A stretch of DNA of 64,000 bases from Auanema rhodensis. Its lineage: Eukaryota > Animalia > Nematoda. The notes under the pieces were generated by a model. That model did no database searches and was not told the origin of the DNA. It was given only the letters and a program-made list of their open reading frames with translations. The stretch spans positions 19,158,001-19,222,000 of the forward strand of contig OZ059895.1 of the NCBI GenBank assembly GCA_964057225.1, written 5' to 3'. Position numbers and translations under genes: made by a program. Positions 26,697 through 42,296 of the stretch are shown here, in pieces (the stretch's first letter is position 1; each line of letters opens with the position of its first letter).

Positions 26697-29600
26697 ATGG
26701 AAGATCCATACTCAGGTTTTGACAGTAGCGAAGTAGATTATAACAGCATTGTAAGTGTTTTTTACTAATATCCTATGATCTCCGATATTTAGCCTATAAC
26801 TCAAACTCGTTCGTTTCAACAAGCTGTTGCTCGTTCTAGTCATGGCCGCCGACCTGTAAGTAGCACTTCTAATAATAGCTGCATATATCAATTCCGTATT
26901 ATAGATGTCTAGTACCGGAATGGCAATACCAATGACTGCCGGAATACCTTCAACTTCATCTGGTAGAAGTAGTTATGGAAGAACAGGGTCTGATTGATTT
27001 TTTAAATATTATATTATGTAGATTTGTTTCTCAATTAAGAACTGCATCGGCAATAAAAAATGAACCCGCAAGACCTATGACTGCTGTTCGGGCAGCTGGA
27101 TATACCTCTTTCGCGAATAAAAGTAGGACTATTTATTCTGTAATCATAATTGCTATTATTTAAAGTGCAAGCCAGCGAGTTAGAAGCTGCGTCTGAGGTT
27201 AAAACTATTGAAAAGTAAGTATTTCTTGTAATAACAAGATTTTTCTATTCATATTTTTATTATAGCACTGAAGATAAATATCTGGAAATGGAAATGAAAG
27301 TTATTTCAATTTTGAAAGAAAGTGTAATTTTAGCAGATAAGAAAATGTATAAAGGGGTAGGCAAAATCAGTCCAACACCACACACATGTTCTTTATTACA
27401 GGCTCTAGAAAAAGCCAAAGAGGCTGGACGAAAAGAACGAGCAGTAGTTAAGTTCAGAGAGCAACAAAAAATGGTTGAAACTATGAACTTGGATTTAACT
27501 TTTGTTGTTTTATTCAATTTAGCGCAACAGGTTTGTCAAAAAAACGTCAATGATAGATTGAATAATTTCAGTACATGAACAATGATATGTCGAATGAAGC
27601 TCTTAATACTTATCAAATTATCGTCAAAAATAAAATGTTTCCCAATTCTGGTCGATTAAAGGTTCATCTTTTTTTGTGGCGGATTCAGTTACTATGCTAT
27701 GTTAAGGTGAATATCGGAAATATTTATTTCAAGAAAAAGGAATACAACAAAGCTCTTAAATATTACCGTATGGCTTTGGATCAAATACCAAGCATTCAAA
27801 AAGAAACAAAGTCAGTTTTTATTCAATTTTCTAACATTTGGACTTGTTTGCAGGATTAAAATTCTAAACAATATTGGGGTAACGTTTATCAGGATTGGCA
27901 AATATGATGATGCTTTATCTACATTTGAGCATTGCGTAGAAGAGAGAGCAGATTTCTCGACCGCTCTCAACCTAGGTAAGTGTATACATTATGTCCTATA
28001 AATTAAATCAAAACTTGTATTCATTATATGCAATATTGTCATTTAGTACTTACGGCTTACTGTATAGACGACCCTGACAAGATGAAGGACGCATTTCAAC
28101 GAATGCTTGACATTCCAGTTGATGAAGAAGATGATCCTAAAAGTCAAGTAGGAAAACTATTCATACTAAATAATGCTATTATGTAGGAAAAGGAAGATGT
28201 GCTATTAATCCAAGTTCTTAACAATGATAGTCTTCGTCTTTGGGAACGAGCTAGTAGACATTTTGCTGATCGAGCGATATTAACAGCGGCTAGAATCATA
28301 AGTCCAGCCATAGCTAATGAGTAAAACTTAGTCTATGAAGTTTTTTTTATCTATTATTCTAAAGCTACTCTATCGGCTACGATTGGTGCGTGGAAGCGAT
28401 TAAACAATCTGTTCACGCCTCCTTATCTACTGAACTTGAGATGGGAAAAGCTGGTGAATTACTTCGACGTGGGGATTTAGAAGGAGCTAAAGAGGTTGCT
28501 TTAAAACTACCAAAGTCACAAGAACTAAGGGTTTTCAGGTTTTGAAAGTATTTCATTCTCAAGAATCTAAGATTGCTAGTGCTGCCGCAAACAACCTAGC
28601 TATGCTGCACCTTTTGGTAATTACCTATTTCAATCATAATTCAGGGCATCTATTTAGCAAGGAAATGAGAAACTTAGAGAAGCTGAAGAATATTCTGAAC
28701 AGGCTTTGCATTTAGATCACTACAGTGCTAATGCACTTGTGAATGCTGGTAAACATAAATTACATATTCGCCACTCAAAAATGTTTTGCAGGAAATATTG
28801 CGTACTTACATGGAGACACTGACAAAGCGCTGAGTAATTATAAAGAAGCTTTAACTAACGAAGCCGGATGTGTACAAGCCTTATACAATATGGGACTAGT
28901 GAATCATCAGCTTGGTAATTTGGAACAAGCTCTGGACTGTTTTTACAAACTTCACAATATTCTCTTGAATAATGTACAAGTATTTTGTCAACTGGCTTCA
29001 ATGTAAAAAAAGGTGTATGATCACATTCAATCTTTTTTTTAATCTCAGTTATGAGTCGTTGGAGGATACTGCCCAAGCTATTGAATTATACAGCCAAGCA
29101 AATAGTTTGGCCCCAACGGACCCAGCTATTTTGTCAAAGTTGGCTTCCATCTACGATCTAGAAGGTGATAAATCTCAAGCATTTCAATGCCATTACGATG
29201 TGGGTGGTTCTTTTTGTCATAAGTTCAGTTTCTTTATTTAGAGCTATCGGTACTTTCCGTCGAACATCAAAATTATAGAATGGCTAGGTGCTTACTATAT
29301 TGAAACTCAATTTTCTGAAAAAGCATTATTGTATTTTGAAAAGGCTGCGATTATGCAGTAAGATTCTTTTAAATATTTTAACTTTTACTTATAATTAGAC
29401 CTAATGAAATTAAATGGCAATTGATGATGGCTTCTTCTCAGAGGAGAGCGGGTAATTATCAAAGAGCTTTGGACTTATACAAGAACATTCATCGGAGATT
29501 TCCAGAGAATATAGAATGTACAGAGGATCAAGTCATATCTTAGCAAAATATTGTTTTCAGGTCTGAAATTTTTAGTTCGCTTGTGTACTGATCTTGGGAT

Positions 29601-30104
29601 GCCAGAAGCCAAAGATTACAGTGAAAAATTGAAAAGAGTTCTACAATTATAAATTCTGATTGTTTACTTTTATTTACAGGTTGAGCGCGTGAATGCCCTA
29701 AGAATCCAGCGTGAATCAGACAGTAGTCATGGTAAACGGCACAGTGCCAACTCTGCTCAGAGTTTGCCACTACCACAAAACGGTCTGATTACTTCAGATG
29801 CAGATTTTTTTATAGAGAATTTTTAGAATACCGACCAAATTCAATGCAAATGAGAAATACGAGTGCTCAACAGAATTCGGCTTCATCGTTCTCAGATACT
29901 TCATTTACTGTTAATCAAAAAGACATGAGTAAACATAAAACATACTATATTAAAAGTGGGTTCTAATAAATATTTTCAGAGTCTACTGATTTTTCATATA
30001 AGGATTTATTCGGACCCGCTCCTCCACGACCTAAGACCGGTTCAGTCAAGAAGCAAATGGAAGACTCGTTTGATGATTTTGATGATTCATTGTTGCCTGA
30101 ATAG
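26697..30104 (+). CDS. osm-5: Intraflagellar transport protein IFT88 (TPR protein)
   Basis: ARPMTAVRAAGYTS, ALEKAKEAGRKER, NLDLTFVVLFNLAQQY, KNKMFPNSGRLKVNIGNIY, YYRMALDQIP, GDKSQAFQCHYDSYRYFP and a C-terminal DDSLLPE*. Confidence 0.95.
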
Positions 30105-30469
30105 CAATGTCATTTTGCTAAACTTTCTACTAAAATTAAAAACTCAAATAGCTGTAAAATCGATGAACAACTGTTATTATTTTCTTAGTCTGGTTACTAT
30201 TATCCATGTTATGTCCAAGAAACATATGGCACCGTCTCGTGATTCTATTGGACATGAAGTTGTGTCCACGTACCTGCTGATAACACAGCTGTTATCTTGA
30301 TTGATAATAACGCTGACCTCGTCTTTTACAATTTAACCCACTTGTCACATTGCATATATACTTTGTAAATATTTAATTTAAATAAGTAATCGTTTTTTTG
30401 AACAAGACAGAGTGAGAATATATGAATAGTATCGCATTGTTTTTGTAAAAGTTAATTGACAAGAAATAT

Positions 30470-31280
30470 TTAAACAAGCATAGTATCATCGCGGTAATCG
30501 AAAATATCGTGAATGGACATAGGGGAAAAATCTCTACATCTCTCAGATTCAATTTTATCAACCAGGGGGGATCGGAACATATTCTGGCTGAACATCTAAA
30601 ACAATATCTAGATATAAAGATAGACAAGCTCAGACTTGCATCAATCTTCACAGAAGTAGGAAAGTGTATGCATTCTTCTATTGCCTTCAGGTGCCGGAAA
30701 TAGTTCATAGAAACGTACATACCTCCATAAGACACTGCCAAAATAAATATGTAATATATAAAGATAGGAACGGCTAAATTGTTCAGTATATCCAAAAGTC
30801 ATTCAAAATATTCACGTACCATGTATGAAATCAATTTTCAAACTACGGCCCTGACTTAATGCGATTCCAGTAAGAACCCAAAGACGTACGAACCGAAATG
30901 CCGCTAGGTGAAAAAGTTCAGGTAATATGACTGATCTTACCTGGAGAAAGATGATGAATTGAAATAGTATGATATTTTTTCTTTGAAATCCTATGGTTGC
31001 AATAACAAGAAAGGATCCATATAAAAACAGCAAACCCAATATTAAATTAATATCTACTTTGGACTGAATATTCTAGTTATAAGAAAATAGCTTCTTCAAC
31101 AAACCCATTCTTCAATCCATCCCATTAAAGCATGCATGTAGTATGTCCAAACTGTCCATTCACAAAGAAATAGGAGAACTGTAGCTTTCTTAGGCAGAAA
31201 CTAAAACTTGAACAAAAAGGAAATTAGCTTACCTCTATATGAATTATACTAAGTACATTATAAGTATCTCTTGGAACCAT
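30470..31280 (-). CDS. Small multi-pass membrane protein, unknown function
   Basis: Spliced model MVPRDTYNVLSIIHIE|KATVLLFLCEWTVW..|NIQSK..LLFLYGSFLVIATIG.. with about 4 hydrophobic segments, ending ..FDYRDDTMLV*. Confidence 0.55.
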
Positions 31281-31688
31281 ATCTAAATTAAAATTTTCAT
31301 TCTCGATTATAGCACAATATTGTATTAGAGAATATATTTTATTGCTCCTAATATTTGTATTTTGTGCCTCTTTTTAACATCATTTTAAGTGATCAATTGT
31401 TTCGTGTTCATTTTTGAAAATTTAGGGATCTTCTAAATTATTGCAACCATCTTTCTTTTATTTCTCATTTTTTTAAACATTAATGCTTCATATGTCTAGT
31501 CTTAATTATCACAATCAGAGATTATACTAAAGCCTTAAATTCCAGACAAATTCAAAATCTTATCTTGTTTTCACCGTCCCTTTCCTTGTACTTTGATCCC
31601 TGATCAAATGACCCTAAGTTTGCCCGCCCTCCCAACACTTGCTTGGTAATTGATAAGACAATTTACTATCGCTATCTCACCTGAAGAG

Positions 31689-33159
<1,471 letters not shown>

Positions 33160-33234
33160 AGATCTTCTGTAAAGCTTTACAAAATTTATTTATATATAAT
33201 GTGTTATTTTCATAAAGCTACGATGTACAAATAA

Positions 33235-35059
33235 TTACGTTTCAAATATGTCACAAGCAAGCTTAATTGATTTCTCTAAGTAATCATCTTCATTCCGATT
33301 TTCTCTTGCTGTATATTCTCTCTCGAGGCATAGTTTCTTTAAACTAGCATCCGGAATAAGTGGGGATACATCGAAATGCTGTAAAAAAGCTATTAACATA
33401 TCGTTAGCGGAATACTTACATTGATCAAAAAGAGCCGCCAACACGCCCAACGTAAGGGTTCAACCTTAAAATAACCATATGAAAAAGATTTCAGAATTTT
33501 GTACCTCAAGAGAAAGCTCATTCACTTTTGTTTCTGAACGCAAAATGTCAACAATGAAAACTTTTATATAATCCGCCCAAACAGGAGTTTGGGCAAAAAA
33601 ATCGAAGTCCCACCACTCATATTTCTATAGAGAACGTTAAAGTCGCTGTGTAATTTTTAAACTCACTTTTCGGGGATTTGATGTTTTTTTATACTCTATC
33701 CTTGGGTGATTGCGGAAAAACTTATGAACGCGAGATACGTTAAAGAATCTGTCGTGTATCAGAGAACCAACTGAACTGATTACAGTAGAACCACCTGGTT
33801 GGGACACAGAGACCTACAAGATAAATGAGTATTACGAATTTAAAGTCTTTAGTACTTTCTGTTCAAGAATATGACGAGTACTGGAAGTTGCAATTATACA
33901 TAAGAGAAGAAAGAATAAAGAGGACCAAAACTAAAACGCAATTAAAATATCTCACTATCCTAAGGCAGGGATTACAATAAAATGTCGAACATTTAAAGCT
34001 TTCTCAGTTGATAGTCTTATTTTTGCAGATCGATTTCCAATTAGAGTACCAACAAGCGAAGATATAAATACAGTTCGTACGTTAGACCCAGTTATAAATT
34101 TACTCTGTATATTCATAACTCGTATTATTTTTATAGTGAATACTTACTAAAAAGGCAGAAGAAAAGGTTGAAATCCAGATATACAATAAATTACGTGTTT
34201 GGTTGCTACGATTTCCAAAGATGTATATCCCTTTAAGACAATTTATAATTTGTCGAAATTAGAAAAAGACAACCTGAACTTACAGCCATAGATACTACAG
34301 CTTGAGCTAATACGCTCTCATTGAATGGGACTCTCAATACAATTGAAGCTGCAATCCAACATAAAATACCTTAAAAAAAAAGTAATATTGAACTTTGTAA
34401 TATAATTATCTACCAAGCCACATTCCATATAGAGTAGATAAAATGAAGGCTTCCAAAGAAAAGTTAACATGCTTGGAAACAGTTGGGAGGAGTTTCCCAT
34501 TTCTAAGAAAAACAAAAATTCTCGTAATATTCTTTTGACAAACTTGTATTTTAAATTCTCATCAATGTTTTCTTTTTCATTTTCATTAGTATCATTGTAC
34601 CTCTTAACTAGCGCATGTATTATGAACACATCGTATAAAACACCTGTTGTAATATTATTATAATTATTAAAGTATATTTAAAAACCTATAAAAAGTATTC
34701 CGCTAGTTGATAAGTATATAAACGCCTCAGAAACTTGGTTCAAATATAAACGATGCAATCCCAATGGCCCGCCAAATGTTAAAAGCAATCTCAAATATAC
34801 TATAACATATGAAAAAGCTATAAATTTCAAACCTGGCCTTCAATGGATCTGCTAATGCGGGATTCATACTCGTTCCATCAACAAAAAAGGAACTTATTTA
34901 GAATTATTAATATTTGGCAAAGCATTAAAAAATAAGAAACAAATAAAAAACTTTTCGAAATAAAAAAATGTGAATTATTGTAAACCTGAACAAGCTTCGA
35001 TTTATCCTCATTAGCATGACGCCAATTCTCGTACATAGCTAAACATCTTATGAGCATTC
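33235..35059 (-). CDS. TM2-domain membrane protein
   Basis: Spliced KARLLLTFGGPLGLHRLYLNQVSEAFIYLSTSGILFIG is a TM2 motif, followed by further hydrophobic exons. The start codon is uncertain (34868, 35038 or 35059, or an exon near 35.4 kb). Confidence 0.7.
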
Positions 35060-35578
35060 AAACCATTTTCGACTATAAACGATTTTCGATTAAACGTCTA
35101 CTTCAGAACTTAGTTGAATTAGAATAATAATTTTACGACAAATTAGTCCATTAATTATAATAGTGATTTAGACTAATATTATTGATTGGTATTACTTGAA
35201 TATGGTTGTAAAAACTAAACAGGTCAATGAAAAAAGAAAAAGAAATTAGTGTCTTCAATTTTTTAAACTTCTAATTATTTCTATTTAAGGAGCTTTTTTC
35301 ATCTCTGACTATAGAAACTGGACGGATATAATCATCAGTCTTCTGTTTTGAATTGTCATTTCTACTGGAAGCGTAATAGGTGTCAATAAATGGGATTTCC
35401 ATCTTTTTTTGGTGTATATTTTTTTTCATGTTCAAATCCTGTTCAGAAATGAATTGCATGCTTTGAGAAGACTTTAATGCTAAAGACTGAATTAAAAATA
35501 ATTTATGATACATATAAATTATGGATTATGAATAATTATGAAACAAGTCTCAGAAGATAAAAGCACTGAACAAAGTTG

Positions 35579-38065
35579 TTAATCAATTTTTACAGCAGAA
35601 TAAATTTTCTTAAGAAAGATATAAGATGCGTAAAACCCGATTGTACCAGTAAGGAACCAAAATGTGATAGCCATCAGACCACTGTAACAGAAGTAAAGAA
35701 CAGTCGGTACAAATCCTTCTATATCCAATTTAGTATAATAATAAAAAACAGCATACAGCATAACTAAAGTAAACATATATTCAAATCAAGTAATTAGGAT
35801 TACCGTAAACAGCAGAACCTCCGCTTACTACAAATGATTTCCACCACCATCTATAGTTCTGCAATAGAGTTAATATTTAAAGTTTAGTTTCATTATATTC
35901 CTACTTCTGCACAAAGCATGAAATATGTAGCTACAACGGAGATCTGAGCAGTACTTATACAGAGAATAAAACAAACTATTAACAAAAAACCAAATAAATA
36001 GTAAAATTGATTTTCCCAGATAGCCTGTTACAAAATCAATATTGTTTTTATGGTTATACGAAACTTGCCGTGAAAATGAAGAACAACTCAATAAACATAG
36101 CTCCAAAGGGTAGTATTCCGGCAAGAAATGTGCAAGGAACGGTTTTTAAATACCAAGGCTGTTCGGGAACTTGACGAGGAATTTGATTAGTGCGTACAGG
36201 ATTAATATACGGCTAAAACAGAGATATATTTTATAACAACTAGAAAAAAATTGTATTTTACCTGTTTCCTATAGCCGAAATAAAAGCCTAAAAATATGAG
36301 AGGTAAATCAATTCCGAACCACATCAACAATAGAGCAATCATTGTACCAAAAGGAATCTGTTGAAAAAACAATATATTTTGAAAATAAAGATAGAACTGA
36401 CGGCTCCAGAAGACTGCTTACTGATGAGAAAAAAGTTCATCAACAATCCACTGCCCAGGATGAGTGAAGGGAATAGTGTACCAGTCTAATATACGTAGAG
36501 ATACAATTAGCTGATAAAAGATACCTGTATAGCGCATCTGATTGGATTTCTTCCTTTCAACGTTTTGTATAATCGACCTGAATGATAGCCACTAACAAGA
36601 CCCATAAAACAGAATAGAAACACAGCAGCCGACATAAGTGATCCTCTGCTGGAGGGAGATAACATTCCTAGAGCAGCAAAAACTAAATTTGCCTAATTTA
36701 ACTCAATTCTTATAGATAATCTTACATAAAATAATTCCAACCATTCCTAAAAGTTGAATTCCAGTTCCAACCACATTTACTAATATCATTTGATGAGGAG
36801 GTGGTCGGAAGACATCACCATGAACAAGCTTCCATCCTGTCTCTTCCAAAACATCATCCTTGAAAGAATAAAATAATTAAACCGTTAACGATGCATACCT
36901 CTTCTTCCTCTCTATTATAGTGAGCAATATCTCTGCGAACAGTTCTTAAGATAGAAACACTCAAGAAACCTGTTAAAGATATGACTACTACGACAGAGTT
37001 AATAATACTGAACCAATGAATGTCAACGGCTCTAACAGTGAGATATACGTCCCATCTGCTAGCCCAAGGAATCTGAAACATACTTTTCTACCTATTATTA
37101 GTTAGAAAATTATTACATCGCTTTGTTCCCAAACAACACCATAAGCGAATTGAATCTGTTGTGATTTTCCACTTAATTGTAACGCTTCAGCTTGCATGGG
37201 AAGGCTATCACATCTCTTAAAGCAATATTAAGTCTAGTAAAAATATGTATTATACTCCCTGATGTACAGAATTCCATGAAAAGTTTTTAATTGAGCGTGG
37301 TCTAACTTCAAAACCAACAACTCGATAAACTTCTGGTTGGTGTTCATGATATTTCATGACGAATTCCAAGTAATTATTAAGAAAAATCTGTTCAAACAAT
37401 TATTATGTCAGGAAAAAAGGAAACTCAGTTACTTACTTTATTATCATCATCAACCCACCCAAGTTTATATCCTAGATCATAAAAAACTTCATGCGTTGCA
37501 GGAATATCATACTTTGTAGCTACCGGAAGATTATCAACCAAACTAAAATAAAGTACTTTTCGAATAAAACTTTAACTCTTACAGATGAACGTGATAATTT
37601 TCTTTGATTCTTCGCATAAAATTTGCAGAATCACTTTCGGACAATTGAATGAACTGTTTTCCAGAACAGGAAGAACTGCAGCCCATATTTTCCCGCATTC
37701 GGATCTATAAGCTTTATTTTATATGAACTTCAAAAGTAAGAACACTTACGTTAAATGGAGTATTGACAATACGATCACCTCTCATTACTTCACCCAAATT
37801 TTCTGATTTGAAATGAAGATCTCCTTCTGGCTTACAAAAGGGAAGTGAATAGTATTCGTATGGTACGACATTTTTAGTACTTGTTAGCTTGATAGCCTGT
37901 GAAAAAAAATAATTTTTAGCACTTTTTTGACTAAACAATAACTACCTTCACTTCAATTGTGGAATTTTTATGAAATTCAACCGGTGCAACACCAGGAACG
38001 TAAAACGACTGTAGCAAATCGGCATTAAGTAAACAGTAGAGGAAAAATAAAAACTTTTGGCCCAT
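35579..38065 (-). CDS. TM9SF4: Transmembrane 9 superfamily (nonaspanin/EMP70) protein, TM9SF4-like
   Basis: [74 protein letters not shown] and a C-terminal YSAVKID*. Confidence 0.92.
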
Positions 38066-38849
38066 ATTAAATTACCTCAAATAATTGCATAAAATCATAA
38101 AAAATTGTTAAAAAACATTGAGAATATAAATGAGAAAAGTTTGGGAAAACTTCAAGTTTCATAGAATATCCATTGGAAAATTAACACCATATGACGTGGA
38201 AAGGACGACGAAGATACGTATCATACGTATAATCTCAAAATTTCAAATTTAAACGTATTCCATTTATATCTTTATTTTGTGTGCTATATCTTCCTATAAA
38301 ATAATATATGAAAATATAGAGTTCTTAGCAGTTGTTATAGTGAACTGATAATAACGATATATTTTTTTCTAGTAAACTGTAAAATGAAGTTCTTTTCAAT
38401 AAAATAATTAGTATTGTGCACTGTTTGAGGAAAAATTCATTTAGGATTTCTCTAACAATCAAAGTCCAATAAACAGCATCTTATAAGTTAGATCATCTTT
38501 GTAAAAATAAATTTATCATCATGGCTGCTGCTAAAATCATTAAAGTAGCTCAAGAAATAATCAAACATTAGGTATTTAGAAGATCCGCAATATGTGTTAG
38601 CAAAAGTTTTTAATATCCCAATCAAAACTTCAAAATCACTGAATGAACAAAACTCTTTTTTAATAAACCAATCATATACGCAATCACGTAGAAAACGTTT
38701 AATTAAAAATTCGTTGTAAATGCATTAAATTGAATGTTTTTCTCAATGTTAATTCCAAATATGTTATATTGGAACTTCGTTTCTATAATTGGTAGATATG
38801 CTATTTTGTAACAATGCATGATGTATTATAAAAACAATTTTTTTCAGCC

Positions 38850-40588
38850 ATGAGTGGAGTTATCAACAGCTCAGATTATGTTGTACTTCAAAAGCTAGGT
38901 GGAGAGCATATTAGAGTTATGAAGTTGTCAACTAAACAGAAAGTACTTATTGAGAAGCTTAAATTCAATGCAAATACGTCAGTATTATTATGCTTAAAAT
39001 TTGTTATGAGTATTTCTGTTTTGTTCATTTAAGTGTGTTTGGTAAACCTTTTGGTTTGTTCGAAGTTGCAAATGATACCGCTAGTTCAGTTAAAATGGAA
39101 CATTTGCTCAAAACAGATAAATCGTCTAATGATTTAGGTAATCTCTTTTTTACTTTTAAATTTAATACTGTCAGGCTCTCTTAGAGGTTAGAGGAGAGTG
39201 CTTGCCACCGAGCAATGCCATGAATGAGGCAGATGAAAACAGTGAACAGGTTTGAATCTTTTTTTAACGATTAGAATTAAACTAAAATTTAGACAGGACA
39301 AATGTTGTCTCAAGATGATGTAATAGGCCTGAAAAGTAAGTTATCAGCGGGTGAATTGGTAACTTCTGTTCGGAACTGTATTACATTTGCTATCTGTCCA
39401 GGTAGCAAAACTTGTTGAGGGTAATAAAGGATTTGAAAACAGAACTGAATATTCCAAAAGTAAATATATTCGGAGGAAAACTAAGAAACATTCCGATCGG
39501 TTTGATATAAAAAGTGTATAGTATAAGAGGTCTTTTGTAGAGTGCTCATTTTAAAGCCTACTATTCGCTTACTTTGCCAATCATATTATAATAAAGATAG
39601 TGAAAGGTTGTCAAATTTGAGGTATTTTTTATTCGTAGAATTATACTTTATCAATTATTATAGAATAGATCAGTTAGGCTTGATTTTACAAATGGCTAAT
39701 ATTCATTATGGCTCTAATGTGTTAGTTTTCGAACAGGTATTAATTCTATATGTAAATGAATAGACCGATTATTTAGGCTCTTGGTTTGGCGACTGCTGCT
39801 GTTATTGAACGATTAGCCGGAAATGGTTGTTGTATTCATTTGCATAGAGGAATTATCGCTCAATCTATACCATGTGTTCATGCTATGAATTTCCCTGAAG
39901 ATGTTTGATTATTGATGATAAACAGTTTAACTTTATTTAAGATTCTTTCAACCTTCTGTCCCGTGCGCATCGCCAAACTCACTGCAGTAGAACAGAATGA
40001 TCCCCAGATCAAGGGAGAATTTATGAATGATATGATGAACGAAGATGAAGTTTTTGACAGTAATAGGTAATATTATGTATTTCTCAATTTCTAGGAAGAA
40101 ATGTCCAAATCAGCTGTTACAAAAATTGATAGGTTATCTACGGAACGGAAAGGATTATTTCTTATGGACAGCGGTGTCGACAGTTTACTTATCGTTGCAC
40201 GCTCGGTTTTTTATTCATCGTTTTAATATATATATTTATTATGTTTTCAGGTCAGTATTATATCCGTATTAGAAATTGCACTAAAAAGTTTGAGACCAAG
40301 TGGTTCCATTGCAATCTATTCTCCCCATCTTACGGTTTTTTTTTCTAGAATTTAGCTAATTCTTGATTAACAATAATAGGGATTGATGGAGGCTCAGGCT
40401 TGGCTAATGGAAAGAAGTTGTGTCAATGTCAATTTGAGCAACCAAATGTATCGATGTCAACAGGTTCAGTAAGGCATAAATAGTCTTAAGAATTTAAAAT
40501 TTAGGTTTTGCCTAACCGCACTCATCCTCTGATGGCCCAGAGTGTTGTTGGTGGATATGTTCTCAGCGCAATTAAAGTTATAAATTAG
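38850..40588 (+). CDS. TRMT6: tRNA m1A58 methyltransferase non-catalytic subunit (Gcd10/TRM6)
   Basis: GKPFGLFEV, F..RTEYSKSKYIRRKTKKH, LKPTIR, NLRIDQLGLILQMANI and the C-terminal QVLPNRTHPLM..GGYVLSAIKV. Confidence 0.9.
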
Positions 40589-40856
40589 ATTATTCAAGTG
40601 CTGAATTATTGCTTAACTGTTTAATTGTTATGTTTTGTTGTTATTGTTTGTATTGTTTTCTTAAATAAAAACTAGAAGTATAATGTAATTGAACCGCTCA
40701 GCTATACAGCCTATGACCTTCATTCGGAGGAATCGAAAGTGAACTGTGTCGCTTACCCAGCACCCCCTGCAAAATGCGCTTGCGTTTTATTCTATTTTTT
40801 TTTAAAGTTGACAATACAGTTCTAATACATGTTTAATTCTTTTTAAGCAGACAAAA

Positions 40857-42215
40857 ATGGCTTCTTATCTATTATCTGCATTTACAAATGTAAAAGATTG
40901 TGTTGGAGCAGTTTTGTATAATTTCTTACCTTTTGGTTTTTTATCTCGTAAAAATGTTTCCGGACAGGTTTGTTTTGAAACATATAATTGAGTTTCTTGG
41001 TAAAATTAGGTTATTCTGATTACTGGAGCTGGAAACGGTTTGGGACGTTTAATGGCCATAGAACTAGCGAAAATGAACAGTATTCTCGTATTGTGGGATA
41101 TAGATGAAAGATCGTTAATGAAGACAAAAGAAATGTGTGAAAATGATGGCGCAAAGGTATATAATATCGTTAACCTTAAGTATATTTTGAAAAAAAATCA
41201 ATGTTTTTAAGTTCAAATATTGTTTATTGTGATTTTTAGGTATTAATCAACGTGCTAGATATTAGTAATAGACAAAATGTTTATGCTGCAGCTGACGATG
41301 TATTAAAGAATGCTGGAAAGGTACACTCGATTCCCATATTTGCAATATGACTTGAAATATAGGTTGACATACTTATAAATAATGCTGGAATTTTGAGAAA
41401 AGGAGGAGATTTTTTGAATAAAGATGACGAAATGATGGAAAAGACAATTCAAATCAATATGATCTCGCATATTTGGGTACACTTACCTTATTATATCATG
41501 ATTTATGATATGATTTAGTTAGCCAAAGCATTTTTGCCAGGTATGATTGAAAACGAAACGGGTCATATTGTTTCAATTTGCTCATTAGCCGGCTTAGTGG
41601 GTGCCATTGGTGAGTTCTCGCAAAGTTGAATTGAAGTCATATTCTTTTTTGCGCCGTTTCTGCCATAATCTTATTGTTGTATCATAATTGAACATCTCTT
41701 TAAACAGATTAATTGACACCCGGGTTTAACTCTCTGAACTGATAAAAACTGCAATCTCTTTTTAGCTGATAGTTGAGTTTACTATTTTAGATCTAGTAGA
41801 TTATTCTGCTTCTAAATTTGGAGCCGTTGGCTTTCAAGAGGCTCTTGAAAATGAAGTTCACAACAAGGGTCACAGAGCAATTAAGTTTACAACTATATGT
41901 CCGTCATTTATCGCTACAGAAATGATCAAAGAAATTCCTTCGTATGATATTTTCCATGGCAAAAAAAGATAATTTTAAATCTACAGCTTAACTAGCCCTA
42001 CTGTCATGAAGCCAGAAGAAGTTGTCACACATATAATTGATTCCATTCTAACAGAGAGAAGAATTCTAATACTTCCAAAGATGGCTTATTTGCTGTATGC
42101 AGCAAAGGGGTATTATCTTACAAATTAGTGAAATGAAAGGCAATTTATTTGAAGGCTGTTACCAAGAACTGTATTTCAACGTGTATTGTTATGGAACATG
42201 AATAACTATTCTTGA
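40857..42215 (+). CDS. Short-chain dehydrogenase/reductase (SDR16C, dhs-3/4/19-like)
   Basis: VILITGAGNGLG, LVLWDI, VDILINNAG and catalytic YSASK. Confidence 0.9.
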
Positions 42216-42296
42216 TTGTTTTACATGTATATATTCTTCTACAATTCTTACAAAATATTGCTACATGCACTTACATTTTGTGATAACTTTTCAGAC

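Noticed and set aside
40690-40790. GC-richer patch between TRMT6 and the SDR (snoRNA?)
   Set aside because: No clear C/D or H/ACA boxes or stems by eye; more likely promoter sequence.
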